Assembly (NCBI GenBank): GCA_000004695.1
Contig: CM000151.3
Span: 3,840,001-3,904,000 of the forward strand
From: Dictyostelium discoideum
Taxonomy: Eukaryota
Length of the DNA stretch: 64,000 bases
Reading direction: 5' to 3'
Part shown: positions 11,931 through 25,876 of the stretch, piece after piece
Layout: every line of letters begins with the position of its first letter
How positions within the stretch are numbered: the stretch's first letter is position 1
Notes under the pieces: model-generated
What the model saw: only the letters and a program-made list of their open reading frames with translations
Database searches by the model: none
Told to the model about the DNA's origin: nothing
Made by a program: the position numbers and the translations under genes

Positions 11931-13135
11931 ACCTTACTAGGTTTGGCAGCACCAGTATTGACTGGTTGTGTAGTCAGGGCATTGCTGCTTCTTCTTGTAT
12001 TTATTGGATTTGGAGTTGGTGCACTTGGTTTGTTTGGTTGAGATTGTAGAGGTTTTTGTGGTACAATTGTTGGATCGGTTGGATTGCTCATTGATAATGA
12101 GTTTTTCCCGTTATTATTATTTGAAGAATCACTTTTGTGTGAAATTTCATTATTGTTTTGGGATTGATTGTTAATATCAAGTGATTCATTTAGTATAGCT
12201 TTTGAACCACTATTTTGAAGTGAGTTTTTATTGCGATTGGAATTTGCAATTTCGTTGATTGGTGGGGTGTTAATGTTGTTTTTTGGTGGTTGATTGTTTT
12301 TGTTCATGTTTGGGTTTGTGATGGCATTTTTTATAGTTGTTGCCATATCTGCATTTTTTGCATGTTGAATTTTGTGTTTAGTGACACTACGTGTTGCAGC
12401 TTTGATATATCTTGTGATACCAGATGGTTGTTCGATCTTTTGATCAACAATGTTGTGTGTGTGATCAATTAGATGATATGTTATAATGTAGCTTTTAAAC
12501 GCAACAGCATATGAGTATGTGACAGTAAATGATTCAATTGATGTACAACTGGTGAATTTAGTGAGGTTGTTTGTAATTGCATCGTTTGCATGTTTGGGTG
12601 AGTACGTTTTAATGAATGTTTTAATGATTGCATAATCATTTGATGATATATCGAATCTATAGTTGAGTTTGTCGATATTTAGTGCAAGTTGGTTTTGAAG
12701 GTTGATTATTGAAGTTAATTTATCAACGTTGCAATTTACGAAGGCAGTTGCACCAATTATTTTGAATGCTGATGGCGACAGTATATCTTCGAAGAGTTTG
12801 TGAATGTTTTTGTGAATTTGTTGAATTCTTGTGTCATCTTTTGAGGTTAATTCTTCACGGATGTGTGGTTGATTAAAGTAACACTTAATGTTGATGGTGT
12901 TATTGTTTTTTTCTAAGAAAGAGAGTGGTCTTGTGATTGATGGAGGTGCAATGATATCTAATTGATTATCAAGTCCTTTGTTTAGTGAGAGTTGGTTTGT
13001 TGGGGTTTGTTTTTTAGGTGTGTCGATTTTTGCACTTTTGTTTTTTGTTGTTGAGGTTGTGGAGGTATTATTTGTATTGGTTGTGTTGTTATCTGTATGA
13101 TTTAACTGTAATTCAGTTGAGTGATCATCAGCCAT
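11927..13135 (-). CDS. Retrotransposon ORF1 protein (402 aa)
   Basis: Intact ORF directly upstream of and overlapping (ATGA) the endonuclease ORF. The N-terminus is S/T/N-rich. No recognisable enzymatic motif, as is typical of LINE ORF1. Confidence 0.65.
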   Translation of the reverse strand: MADDHSTELQLNHTDNNTTNTNNTSTTSTTKNKSAKIDTPKKQTPTNQLSLNKGLDNQLDIIAPPSITRPLSFLEKNNNTINIKCYFNQPHIREELTSKDDTRIQQIHKNIHKLFEDILSPSAFKIIGATAFVNCNVDKLTSIINLQNQLALNIDKLNYRFDISSNDYAIIKTFIKTYSPKHANDAITNNLTKFTSCTSIESFTVTYSYAVAFKSYIITYHLIDHTHNIVDQKIEQPSGITRYIKAATRSVTKHKIQHAKNADMATTIKNAITNPNMNKNNQPPKNNINTPPINEIANSNRNKNSLQNSGSKAILNESLDINNQSQNNNEISHKSDSSNNNNGKNSLSMSNPTDPTIVPQKPLQSQPNKPSAPTPNPINTRRSSNALTTQPVNTGAAKPSKV

Positions 13136-13292
13136 TGTTGAAAAGTATATAGGACGATAGCCCTTGCTTTAATGAGCAAAAATAGGGTAAAATTAAGAGG
13201 AATGAATGTGGCGGTGAAGATATAACAGTGATTTATTTATTATATGTATAAATTCTCGTTTATTTCTTTGTTTTTTCGGTTTTTTGTTTTTC

Positions 13293-13307
13293 AAAAGATT
13301 TTTTTTT
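13293..13307. repeat. Putative target-site duplication, copy at the 5' end of the retrotransposon
   Basis: Identical 15-mer AAAAGATTTTTTTTT (plus strand) matching 7965-7979. Confidence 0.45.
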
Positions 13308-13320
13308 AAATTCTATACAA

Positions 13321-13331
13321 AGAATCGAACC
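13321..13331 (-). promoter_or_regulatory. External B box (ex-B) about 30 bp downstream of tRNA-Gln
   Basis: Minus strand reads GGTTCGATTCT, a perfect B-box consensus GGTTCGANTCC outside the tRNA. Extra downstream B boxes are a known feature of many Dictyostelium tRNA genes. Confidence 0.6.
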
Positions 13332-13353
13332 TACGATCTAATATTTCCGATTT

Positions 13354-13358
13354 AAAAA
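13354..13358 (-). terminator. Pol III oligo-T terminator of tRNA-Gln
   Basis: TTTTT on the minus strand immediately 3' of the tRNA. Confidence 0.55.
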
Positions 13359-13359
13359 T

Positions 13360-13431
13360 GGTTCTACTGAGACTCGAACTCAGATTACAGGATTCAAAGT
13401 CCTGGGTGCTAACCAATTACACTATAAAACC
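13360..13431 (-). tRNA. tRNA-Gln (anticodon UUG)
   Basis: Minus-strand sequence GGTTTTATAGTGTAATTGGTTAGCACCCAGGACTTTGAATCCTGTAATCTGAGTTCGAGTCTCAGTAGAACC folds as a cloverleaf. The acceptor stem is 7 bp with two G-U pairs. The anticodon stem CAGGA/TCCTG holds loop CTTTGAA with anticodon TTG. The T arm is CTGAG-TTCGAGT-CTCAG with an internal B box. It is followed by discriminator A and a TTTTT run. Confidence 0.85.
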
Positions 13432-13863
13432 TTGATGTTTTTATAATTTTATATAGTAACTATTATGCTTAAAAAAAATTTTGATGTTTAAATTTATTAT
13501 TTTAAATCTGGATAAATGAAAGAAAGTTGATCAAGTTACACTTAAGCCTAAAAAAGAGGTAGGGCTACAATAAAAAATTCAAAAAAAATTGAATTAGAAT
13601 AGATAATAAACTCATTTCAATCTTAGGTATTTAGAATTTAAAGTTATTGGTTTATAAAAACATAATTAAAAAAATCATTTATTCACGATTACCTATGTTT
13701 TGTTTGGTTTTAGTGTTCTCATCATGATTATTGAACTTTATATATATATATATATTACATTTATTCATTAAATGTAACCAAAATATAAATACATATAAAA
13801 AGATTTTAATAAATTAATATTAATCTTTTTTTTTTTTTTTTTTTTTTTATCATATTATATTAT

Positions 13864-14722
13864 TTATTTATTTTCTAATTTTGAAAGGATTTGAATTTGT
13901 TCTAAATCTTCCAAATCTTTTAATAATTTTGCGGCATTGTAACGAAGTTTATGAAAATTATCGATTGAAACTTCAAATACTTTTGATTTACCATTGGTAT
14001 CGTTCATTTCCATTAAAATTACAGGATTGAGCACTCTAGATGTAAAACTACTGCTAATGATTACATCAACTCTCCATTTAAAACTTGATAACTGAGGGAA
14101 TAATATCTTATCATTATTTGATCTTTCTGCTAAATCTTTACTCCTATTTATTGTAAAAAATAAAAAATAAAAATAAATAAAAATAAATAAAAAGTATTAA
14201 TAAAATTGACTGTTATTAATACTCTCTAATTTTATTTATTTAAAACTTTCATGATGGGGGGTTCTCTTTATAAATAAAAATAATAAATAATAATAATAAA
14301 TAATAAACTTACTGAGTGTTATAAATATTTGTTAAATCAGTTATTAAGTTTTGTGGTAATTTAAGATCAGTTATATCAGCGACGAATATTTGATTTGAAA
14401 CTTTCTTCTTTAAGGCAACCTTTAAAATATAATAGAGACCAGTGAAAACGATTGATGATAGATTTGGATCTACTTTATTATCATTTGATGATACTGTTAA
14501 TTTATCATGAATAGATTCTGTTATTTGATTTAATTTATCCTCTTCTTCTTTTTTTACTAAATTAATCATTTTGGTTTTCATATATAGAACCAACAATGAT
14601 AATATATCCTTAATAAATGTTTGTTCAAACTTTTGACAAACTGGTATCATATTCTTTACCTCTGATGGTATATTATAACCTAAATATGAGACTCTTTCTG
14701 TCAATTTCTTTATTATAAACAA
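13864..14722 (-). CDS. COMM-domain (COMMD-like) protein; exons about 14313..14722 and 13864..14143
   Basis: Exon 1 is ORF 14309..14722. It ends ...NIYNTQ followed by a GTAAGT donor (phase 2). An acceptor at 14144-14145 opens a 280-nt exon encoding SKDLAERSNNDKILFPQLSSFKWRVDVIISSSFTSRVLNPVILMEMNDTNGKSKVFEVSIDNFHKLRYNAAKLLKDLEDLEQIQ. This has the W-x-V-D-V...SS pattern of a COMM domain. Total length is about 230 aa. Confidence 0.5.
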
Positions 14723-15207
14723 ATAAATAAAATTAATAAAAAAAAATAAAAAAAATAAAAAAAAAAATAAAAAAAAATAAAAATAAAAAAAAAGATTTTT
14801 TTTTTTTTTTTTTTTTTTTGGTCTTCTGATTGTTCCTCTGAAATTTTTTTATTTTTTATTTTTTTTTTATTGTTTAATTTTTAATATTTTCATTTTTTTA
14901 TTTTTATTTGTAGATATCTTTATTTTTAGAATTTTTTTTTTTTTTTTTAATCCTCCAATAGTTAATCTACAAAAAAAAAAAAAAAAAAAAAGAAAAAAAA
15001 AGAATTAAACTTATAATCTTATAAAAAAAAAAATAAAAAAAAAAAGAGATATCTCTATTTTTTTTAATCAAAAAAATTTAAATAAATTTAGAGATAATAT
15101 TTAATAAATAAGTAATCTTTTGGTATTTTATTAAAAAAAAAAAAAATTTTAATTATTTATTTTCAATCTTTTTTTTTTTTTTTTTATTATTTTTTTTATT
15201 TTTATTA

Positions 15208-16917
15208 TTATAACCAATTATATGACTTTTTATTTCCATATTTTAATATTATTCTTTTAATTCTTGATTTTAAAATATTAATAAAAATTTGATAAAAATA
15301 TTTCAAGATACGAATATTATTATTTAATACATTTTGTTTTATATGTTCAACTTTAATTTCGACAAATATTGGATGTAAACGCATAATTAATTTACATAAA
15401 TATAAATTTGGTTGAAGAAATGCCATTGCAAATATCGAAAATTTAGAAGTTAATAAACTATCAAAAATTAATTGATGGTGATTTCTTAATAAAAATTCTG
15501 CAATATCTTGTGGATTACTATTAAAACTACTACTATTATTACTATTATTACTATTATTACTATTATTACTATTATTATCAAATTCACTTTCATTTTCACT
15601 CTCATTTTCATTTTCATTTTCACTTTCATTATCACTATCAATAATTTTATATTCATCGCAACTAAAAATTGATTTTAATAAATCTTCATTAATTCTTTTT
15701 ACTTTACAAGTTGATAAAATGAATTTCACTAAATCTAATCTTACTCTTTCCAAAGCAAATTCTAATAATAATCTATTTTTTAATAATTTTAAAGAAACTA
15801 TTGATTTAAATAATTCTAAATCATTATTACCATTATTATTATTATCAGTGATATCCATTTTATGATTTAAACTAAAATCATCACCATCAGAAATATTTAA
15901 ATTGAGTAAGAAACCTAAATAATTAATCTTTTTAAGATTAAAACCATCTGAATGAATTTCTTTTAAAAGATTTATAATTGTTGAACTTTCTTTAACATTT
16001 ATTAGATATTGCATATCAAAATAAAATCTAGTTTTAATTTTACTATCTATATCTTGATCAAACATTGAATCCTTTTCTAATGAATCAATATAATTATTAA
16101 TTAATCTTCTTAATTTTAAAAATATCTCTTCAAAATTTAATTTTAATATTAATTTAAGTGTAATTATTTCTTCATTTTTTTGTAATTTTTGTGGTTGTTG
16201 TGATTCTGAATCTTCTGTTATTAAAATTGTATTGTTTTTATTTTTACTATTTGTAGTATTTGTAGTATTTGTAGTATTTGTAGTATTTGTATTTGTTGTA
16301 GTTGTTGTTGAATTTGAAATTTTAGTTGTAGTTGTTGAAGAAAAGAATTTATTATAATTTTCAAGATTACTATATTTAAAATTAAAATTTTTTACTCTTG
16401 ATAAGAAATAATTTGATAATTTCCAAGATTTATGATACAAATAATAAAACATTTTAAAAAAGTTTGGAATTGAATTATAAAAAGACATTGAGATATTATT
16501 TCTTTTAAAGAGTTGATTCAATTTTTCAATATTAATTAATTTAGTTGAACTTTGTAAACCAATGATATATAAATGTTTGAAAAGGTGATTAATTGAATTG
16601 AATGTACTATTTTTAAATTTAATTGATAACATTTGTTTTAATTTAATTAATTCATCAGATACTAAATAAACATCTTGAAATGAGATATCGTCTCTAATGA
16701 ATACTCTATTCTCTATTGGATCTATGATTTTATATAAACTATCATAATATTCTATACTAAATTGATTATCAATATCTCTTTTCAATTGTTGATCATTAAA
16801 TGAATCTTCTGTAATATTTGAAAATTGTAATAATATAACTTTTGAAACTTCAAAATTACATTCTAATATTGAAAATGCTAATAATCTAATTGATGATTCA
16901 TCATAATTTGTATCCAT
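15208..16917 (-). CDS. Hypothetical low-complexity protein (569 aa ORF; N/S/T- and ENESEN-repeat tracts)
   Basis: Long uninterrupted ORF in A/T-rich DNA with Dictyostelium-typical codon usage. No motif recognised. Confidence 0.4.
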   Translation of the reverse strand: MDTNYDESSIRLLAFSILECNFEVSKVILLQFSNITEDSFNDQQLKRDIDNQFSIEYYDSLYKIIDPIENRVFIRDDISFQDVYLVSDELIKLKQMLSIKFKNSTFNSINHLFKHLYIIGLQSSTKLINIEKLNQLFKRNNISMSFYNSIPNFFKMFYYLYHKSWKLSNYFLSRVKNFNFKYSNLENYNKFFSSTTTTKISNSTTTTTNTNTTNTTNTTNTTNSKNKNNTILITEDSESQQPQKLQKNEEIITLKLILKLNFEEIFLKLRRLINNYIDSLEKDSMFDQDIDSKIKTRFYFDMQYLINVKESSTIINLLKEIHSDGFNLKKINYLGFLLNLNISDGDDFSLNHKMDITDNNNNGNNDLELFKSIVSLKLLKNRLLLEFALERVRLDLVKFILSTCKVKRINEDLLKSIFSCDEYKIIDSDNESENENENESENESEFDNNSNNSNNSNNSNNSSSFNSNPQDIAEFLLRNHHQLIFDSLLTSKFSIFAMAFLQPNLYLCKLIMRLHPIFVEIKVEHIKQNVLNNNIRILKYFYQIFINILKSRIKRIILKYGNKKSYNWL

Positions 16918-17019
16918 ATTTTAATATAAATATAAATATAAATATATATATATATATGAAATAATAAAAGAAAAAAAAAAATTATTAAAAAAAAATTTAA
17001 AAATAAAAAAAATTTGGAG

Positions 17020-17059
<40 letters not shown>

Positions 17060-17137
17060 GAAAGAAAAACAAAAAAAATTATATTTTTATAAAAAAAAAA
17101 AAAAAAAATGAAAAAACGATGTTGAAGTTCGAATTTT

Positions 17138-19833
17138 TTATTTATTAAAAACTGTTCCTTTAAAACCAGTTTCATAATTTGATTCTTCAATAAAATCATC
17201 AAAATAATCTTCATTTTCAATAACTTTCAAAACTATAATTTGATTTGGAACTAATTTATACCAATTTAATTGAGCACAAGATTCCTTGAGTTCAATAACA
17301 GAATCTGGATCACCAGGTTTCCTATCTTGTGTGAGAATAAATAATCTTTGTTTAAAAGGTGGTACATCCATTATTGAAAAAATTGTTAATTTAAGTCCTT
17401 CTACTGTATAATCACTATTAATTGGTGAAATTTCATTTCTGAAAACTAAAAAAGATAAATAATTAATAAAACTTCATTTTTAAAATCTAAAAATAATAAT
17501 TAAAAAAATATTAAATAAACATACATCTTGAAGTTCTAAAAGTTGTTGGAAATGAATAATATTTTAAATCTTTTTCATTTTCTTTATCATTAATTCTATG
17601 AATGAATAAAGAAGCATTATTAAAATTTAATTTCTTTTTTAAATGAATTTCTTGTTGAATTAAAAAACATTGTTGACAAAAAGTAAATGGTTCTAATAAT
17701 CTATTATTTTCAAATGAAATATTGATATTATCTTTTGAGCCATACTTTGTAATCAATTTATCATAGATTTCTTTTGGAATCAATAGAAATGGTAAATTAA
17801 TTTCTGAAAGGCGACTAGTTTTATCAGTCAATGAAAAAGTTGATAATTGATTTAAAAATTGTTGATCTGATAAATCATATTGAAATTTAGAATGTTCACA
17901 AAGAAAACCACTATTATCAATAATACCAATAAAAATTTTCAAATCCTTAGTAGTGGTGGTAGTGTTTGAGATTGATTCGTCGATTGAATCACTTTGAAAT
18001 TCACTACCATCTTGATCTTGCTCTTGATCTTGACTTGGGTCAATAACAGTGGATCTCCAATTTATTAACCAATCTTTTGAAATTACATTATATTGACCTA
18101 CTGAAAGATTTGGTTTTTTCTTTTTATTGGTTAAAGATAAAAGTGCAAGTAAACCTTTCATATCTTTTTTCTCTTGTTTTGCCAATTCTAATTTCTCATT
18201 GAGTTTATAATCCAACTCTCTACAAATTAAACATTCTGAATAATCTTTAACTGCAAGAGTTTTAGACATTGGATATAAAGAATAAAGATATTCCCATGTT
18301 TCTCTTGTAATTGGTAATCTATCTTTTTCTTCAAGATTGAAACCATCATGAGGACAAATTAAATCATTTGTTGGAGTTATTGATAGACGTTTTTCAATAT
18401 TTGATATCTTCCATCTCTTGAACCACTCATATGATATATAATATTCCTTTAAATTTGATTTAGTGGTGGTTGTGGTTGTGGCTGCTGCTGTTGTTGTTGA
18501 AGAATTTTTTGATTTTGGTATTACTTTTTCAAGGGAAATACAATAATCTTTTAAATTTTTATTTGTTGCCAATTCTTCTGTTTGAAAGAAAATTGAATAG
18601 AGACATTCAGTACAAACACTTGAACTATCAAAAGCTGGTCCACCACCACCTACTGAATTATAAATCATTTCCCAAGCTATTGGTGAAATTCTTTTCATTG
18701 ATTCCAATTTATTTGGGTCTACACTACCATGAGAACATTGAATATTTGAATTATCAATTGGGAAATTTAAACCTTGAATCCAACCTTTTAACCAATTAAC
18801 ATCAATCCAATAATATTTATTTTTACTTTCAAATTCTAATAATGATTTTTCTTTAACTCTCTTTAATAATTCATCTTCATCATCATCATTATAATGATCA
18901 TCTTCGTCTTCGTCTTTGTATTCTTCTTCTTCTTCTTCATTTATATTTGCTTGTAATAATGGTTCAATCTCTTTAAAAAGTTCAATTCTTTTTGTCCATT
19001 CAAATTTAAGTTTTTCAAACTGAGAACCAAAAGAATCTTTTTGTTGACTAAATGAGTTCTCAATCTCTTCTAATCTATCTAATAATCTATTTGATAAATT
19101 ATTAAAAGATCTCAAAGGATTCGAGATATCCTCTGAATGAGTGATTCTATTCATTTTAGAATAAACTACCATATAAGCTGTTGATGATGATATAGTTCCA
19201 TTTTCAATCTCTTTCTTTTTTCTTTTCTCTTTATTATTGTTTTTACCTAAACTCTTAATATCTATCTCCTCTACAGTTTCATCATTAAATGTAAACCATC
19301 TACCAGTTATATCATCTTTAATTTGACAAATATAATGACCCCCACTAGTACCAACACCTTGATGCATTAAAATTCCAGTTAATTCATATTCAAAATCTCC
19401 TTCATTTTCAAATTGAATTGAATTTGAGTCTAAATTTGAAATTGTAATTGATTTTGAAATTTTATTAAAATTATTTTGATTATCATTTGTTTTTGTTACT
19501 GTTGTATTATTTGTATTTGTGTTTGATGTATTAGTAGATGTATTAGTTGAGGTTGTTGTTGTTGTAGTAGTAGTTGTTGTTTGTGGTATTGTTTTAAAAT
19601 TTACAATTTCACTAAAAAAACTCCTATACTTTTTTAAAAATTGATCGGATGAAAGTAATTGATCTAATTCTACACTTGTTAAAGTTTTACTATTTACAAT
19701 TTTTTGGACAACTCTATAAAAGTTTACTTGATTATATAATAATTGATTTTCTTCATCCTCCTCAAATAAAGAATCCTTTATACAATAAAATAAATCTTTA
19801 CAATCATTATCACTATTATTATTTTTATTATTA

Positions 19834-19913
<80 letters not shown>

Positions 19914-21389
19914 ATTATTCGATTTTAATTTATTTTTATTATTATTATCATTTTTGAATTGCATTTCAGATTCAGATTCAGTTTCTGAACCAGAGTCTCT
20001 ATCATCATCATCGTCGTCGTAATCGTCATTTTTATTATTATTATTATTATTATTGTTATTCATTTGTTGTTTAGTTTTTTGTTGAGTTTTATCTTTTGGG
20101 ACTAAATACTTTAATAAATTTAATTTTAAGGGAAATGTGAATGAATTATGAAGCTTTTTCTTTTTCAATTGTTGTCTATCGAAACTATATCTAAGTATTT
20201 GAAAACAAAGAAAAGGTGGTATTGTTGTGAGTTGTGTTGAACGTGAACAATCCGTTTTCTTATTGCAATTTTTACAAAAATATTGATCATCACCAGTTAA
20301 ATTTTCATTTGAGAGGAAACCTTTTAAAGATTCCTCTAATCCTTCAAATCCATTTAATTGCAATGGAATTTCATAAAATGAACTTGGTGATCTATATATT
20401 GTATTACAATCTGAACATTGTGTAGTATAATCATAATTTCCTTGAAATAACTTTTTTAAAATATTAACACTATTATTATTATTTTTATTATTATTATTAT
20501 TACTATTATTATCGAGAGAAATTTCTAATTTTGATTCGATTAAATCAAAAAATAAAATAAAAAATTCTTGGATATCTTGATGTAAAGAATTTGAAAGTTC
20601 TAATGAATTTACAAATTCACTTGGATCAAATACTTTAATTCTATTAAACCTCATATTCAAAAATAATAATCTTAACTGATCAATAATAAAATCCTCATTA
20701 TGAATATTATTACTATTATTGTTTTTGCTGTTGTTGTTGCTTTTGCTGTTACTGTTGTTGCTATTATCTTGATTGATATCAGATGGTAATTTAAATTCTA
20801 ATACCAACTTTCTAAATTCAGTATTCATATATAAAAGTTGTAATAATGAATTTACATAACAGGTTGCACCAAGATTCTTTAAACCTATGGGTTGTTCTGA
20901 TATATCTCTTTCTTTGAATTCTGAAAGTGATTCCTTATTATTATTTTCATGTGGTAATGATTGATTATTTATCAAATCTTTCATTAAGTTCTCTTTAACA
21001 TAAACATCTGGTTCGATTTTTAAACATTTTTGACCTAAATGGTGGAAACAATTTGGATTATCTGAACAATTTTTTAATAATTTCTCTTAAAAAAAAAAGT
21101 TTAAATGTTAGTAAATAAAAAAAAAAAAAAGGTAAAAAGTAAAAAGTAAAAAAAAAAAAGTAAATGAAAAATTAAATATTTTACTTTTATTACAAACCAA
21201 ATTGATATTTAATGTTTTATTTAATAAATTTGAAAAAAAATTAGATTCATTATTTGATTTGGTTATTTCCTTTAATAAATCTGTATCATTATTATTATTC
21301 GTGACTGAAGAAACTCCATTTACTTTTTTCTTTAATGAATTGATTAGTTCAATATTACTTTCAAAGTTTCTTTGTGTTCTTTTATTCAT
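17138..21389 (-). CDS. USP48-like ubiquitin carboxyl-terminal hydrolase (USP catalytic domain, three DUSP-like modules, C-terminal ubiquitin-like domain); exons about 21185..21389, 17525..21085, 17138..17445
   Basis: The main ORF 17511..20984 carries the Cys box GLKNLGATCYVNSLLQ and three W..W DUSP-like segments (WIDVNWLKGW, YISYEWFKRW, SKDWLINWRS). The frame stays open upstream of Met-20984 (...LKNCSDNPNCFHHLGQKCLKIEPDVYV, compare human USP48 NCKGNPNCLVGIGEH). An acceptor at 21086-21087 links this to ORF 21108..21389 (MNKRTQ...LVCNK) through a GTAAAA donor at 21183-21184 in phase 1. At the 3' end, a GTATGT donor after ...RTSR (17524-17519) and a cttttttag acceptor (17446-17447) join in frame to ORF 17138.. 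(NEISPINSDYTVEGLKLTIFSIMDVPPFKQRLFILTQDRKPGDPDSVIELKESCAQLNWYKLVP...), which is beta-grasp/Ubl-like. That intron is 79 nt. Confidence 0.72.
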
Positions 21390-21451
21390 AACTGTTTTTT
21401 TTATCCTTTTTTTTTTATTTTTTATTTTTTTTATTTTTTTTATTTTTTTTG

Positions 21452-21458
<7 letters not shown>

Positions 21459-21534
<76 letters not shown>
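21459..21534. repeat. (ATT)n microsatellite, about 25 units, in the 5' flank of the USP48-like gene
   Basis: Direct reading. Confidence 0.9.
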
Positions 21535-22025
21535 TTATATTATATAATAAATAAATAAATAAATAAATAAAAAAAGTGTAAAAAAAAATAAATAAAAAAA
21601 ATTAAAAAAAAATAAGAGAAGAGATATTATTTTGGAAAAAAAAAATTAAATAAAATAAAAATAAAAAAAAAAATAATTAAAAAAAATAAAAAAAATTAAA
21701 AAAAATTAAAAAAAAAAAAATTTCAATTTTTTTTTTTTTTTTTTTTTTTCCACCAGTCCACACAAACAATTATTATTATAATTTAATTTAAAATTTATAT
21801 AGAAATACTAAGGTTATTATATACATATTTTTAGATAAAAATAAAATTTTTTTAATAAAAAAAAATAAAATTAAAAATTAAAATAAAAAAAAAAAAAAAA
21901 AAAAAAAAAGAAAAAGAAAAAAAAAATTGGGATTATTATTTAAAAAAAACAACAACACAACCGACAAAAACAAAAACAAAAACAAAAACAACAGAAACAA
22001 AAACAACAATTGTTTATATATATAA

Positions 22026-24217
<2,192 letters not shown>

Positions 24218-24573
24218 AATAATTAACACAATTTTAAATCATTTCTAAAATTATATTTAGTTAATATCATCAAAATTATCATTTAGTCCTTATATTGGAA
24301 ATTTAATTAAATCACTTAGTTATCATAAAGATATCCAAGAGAATGAATTAATGACACCAAAAGAATCAGTTCAAAATACTAAAATTGTAAATGATCTTAG
24401 TTCAACTGTTAAAACTATTTTTAGACTTTAAAAAAAAAAAAAACAAATAATAATAAAAAAAAAAAATAATAAAAATAATAAATCAATAATAAATAGTATA
24501 ATAATAATATATTATATTATATTAAAAATAATAAACACAAAAATAGTTTTTATTTGATTTTTTTAAATTTATT

Positions 24574-25065
24574 TTATTTAGTTTTAATTGGTTTAGTTTT
24601 ATTAATAGTTTTAACTTTATTCATTACATTTGTATATTCGAAATTTAATAAATCTTCAATCTCTGAAGAATCACGAAGATAAAAGTATTTTCCAATTGGG
24701 TGATTGATAATGATTGGGAATAAGTATGGTCTAAAAATATATTCTATAACTCCATACCAAATGAAACCTAAACAAATACCAATAAAAGATCCACAAAATA
24801 CTTGTTTAGCTGTATGATAATATAAATGAACTCTAGAGTATGCAACACCAGCTGCTAAGAAAAATAAAAATGTAACACTAATAATTGGTAAAATCTTTGA
24901 CCCAAATCTAATTCTTTTCTTTAAATAAAATAATGTCATTAATACTGCAAAAAAAAACATAAATTGACTATGACTTGATGGCATTCCATAACTTTGTTTT
25001 CTTAATTCCTCTTTTTTTTAAATAAAAAAAAAAAAAAAAAAAAAAAAAAAAGATTAGTTTGAGAT

Positions 25066-25101
<36 letters not shown>

Positions 25102-25407
25102 CTATTTATATTTTTATAACTTACTCCACATTGTTGGTCTATGTTCTTTAATTGATTTTTTTAAAACATAATTTGTACATTCACTAAATAATAAACCAAG
25201 AAATATTGAAATGGTTCTAACATCTCTTCTAAATAAAATTAATGTAATTACACCAATTGCAATTGCAATTGGAATTAATGTAACATATGCATTAAATAAT
25301 CCAAATGGATCATCATGTTGATAATGAACTGTTGTTAATTCAACAAATGTTAATGCTGTGTAAACTTCTTGTTCCATCTTTTTATCTTTTGCTTGAAACA
25401 ATGCCAA
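24574..25407 (-). CDS. dolpp1: Dolichyldiphosphatase (DOLPP1/CWH8-like, PAP2 family); exons about 25125..25407 and 24574..25010
   Basis: Exon 1 reads ...ECTNYVLKKSIKEHRP (PAP2 motif 1 KxxxxxxRP). Exon 2 reads GMPSSHSQFMFFF (PSGH motif) and SRVHLYYHTAKQV (SRxxxxxH motif). It aligns closely with human DOLPP1 (GMPSSHSQFMWFF; SYSRVYLLYHTWSQV). A GTAAGT donor follows ...TMW and the acceptor is aaaaaaaag (25011-25012), giving a 114-nt intron. Confidence 0.8.
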
Positions 25408-25833
25408 TATATCAATGAAAAAAAAAAAAAAAAAAATTTTTAATCAAAAAAAAAAAAAAAAAAAAAAGAAAATTTTTAGTCAAAAAAAAAAAAAAGTAAT
25501 CGTTTTTTCCATTTTGTTTATAATTTTTTTTTTTTTTAAAAAAATGATTTAATTTTATTTATTTTTAATATGGATTTAGTATAGATAAATAGAGCACTCA
25601 AAAATACTTAAAAAATATATTGATTAGGGAATAAAATTGTTTTTTTTTTTTTAAAAAAACAAAATGGAAATAAATTTAAAAACAAGATTTTATTAGATTA
25701 GAAATTAATAATAATTGGTTTTTTCTTTTGTTTACTTTTTTATTTTAATTTTAATTTTATTTTCTATTTTTTTTATTTTATTTTTTTAAATATGTTGTTT
25801 AAATTTAATTATTTTATTATTTAAACAATTTTC

Positions 25834-25876
<43 letters not shown>

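Larger units (their letters stand above)
7980..13292 (-). mobile_element. tRNA gene-targeted non-LTR (LINE-like, TRE-type) retrotransposon, about 5.3 kb, probably defective; sense strand is minus
   Basis: Two overlapping minus-strand ORFs are present. ORF1 is 13135..11927. ORF2 encodes an APE-like endonuclease, a reverse transcriptase (the 'reverse transcriptase' motif F-A-D-D appears as FADDSTTY) and a C-terminal CCHC-like knuckle (CPICNNEMNNDPYGHLFFNC). The ORF1 stop and ORF2 start overlap as ATGA at 11927-11930. The element sense strand ends in a poly(A) run, seen as poly-T at 7971-7993 on the plus strand. The 5' end lies about 55-65 bp downstream of the 3' end of a tRNA-Gln gene in the same orientation, just beyond an external B box. 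This is the known behaviour of Dictyostelium TRE elements. The element is flanked by near-identical 15-bp copies, AAAAGATTTTTTTTT at 7965-7979 and 13293-13307. Confidence 0.8.

Noticed and set aside
16878-17220. Poly-F ORFs overlapping the 5' flank of the 15208-16917 gene
   Set aside because: They are translations of oligo(dA)/(dT) promoter tracts.
17138-17371. 77-aa ORF as an independent small gene
   Set aside because: Its frame is open upstream with no Met, it lies 139 nt downstream of the USP ORF on the same strand, and a GTATGT...cttttttag intron joins it in phase. It is better explained as the terminal exon encoding the USP48 Ubl domain.
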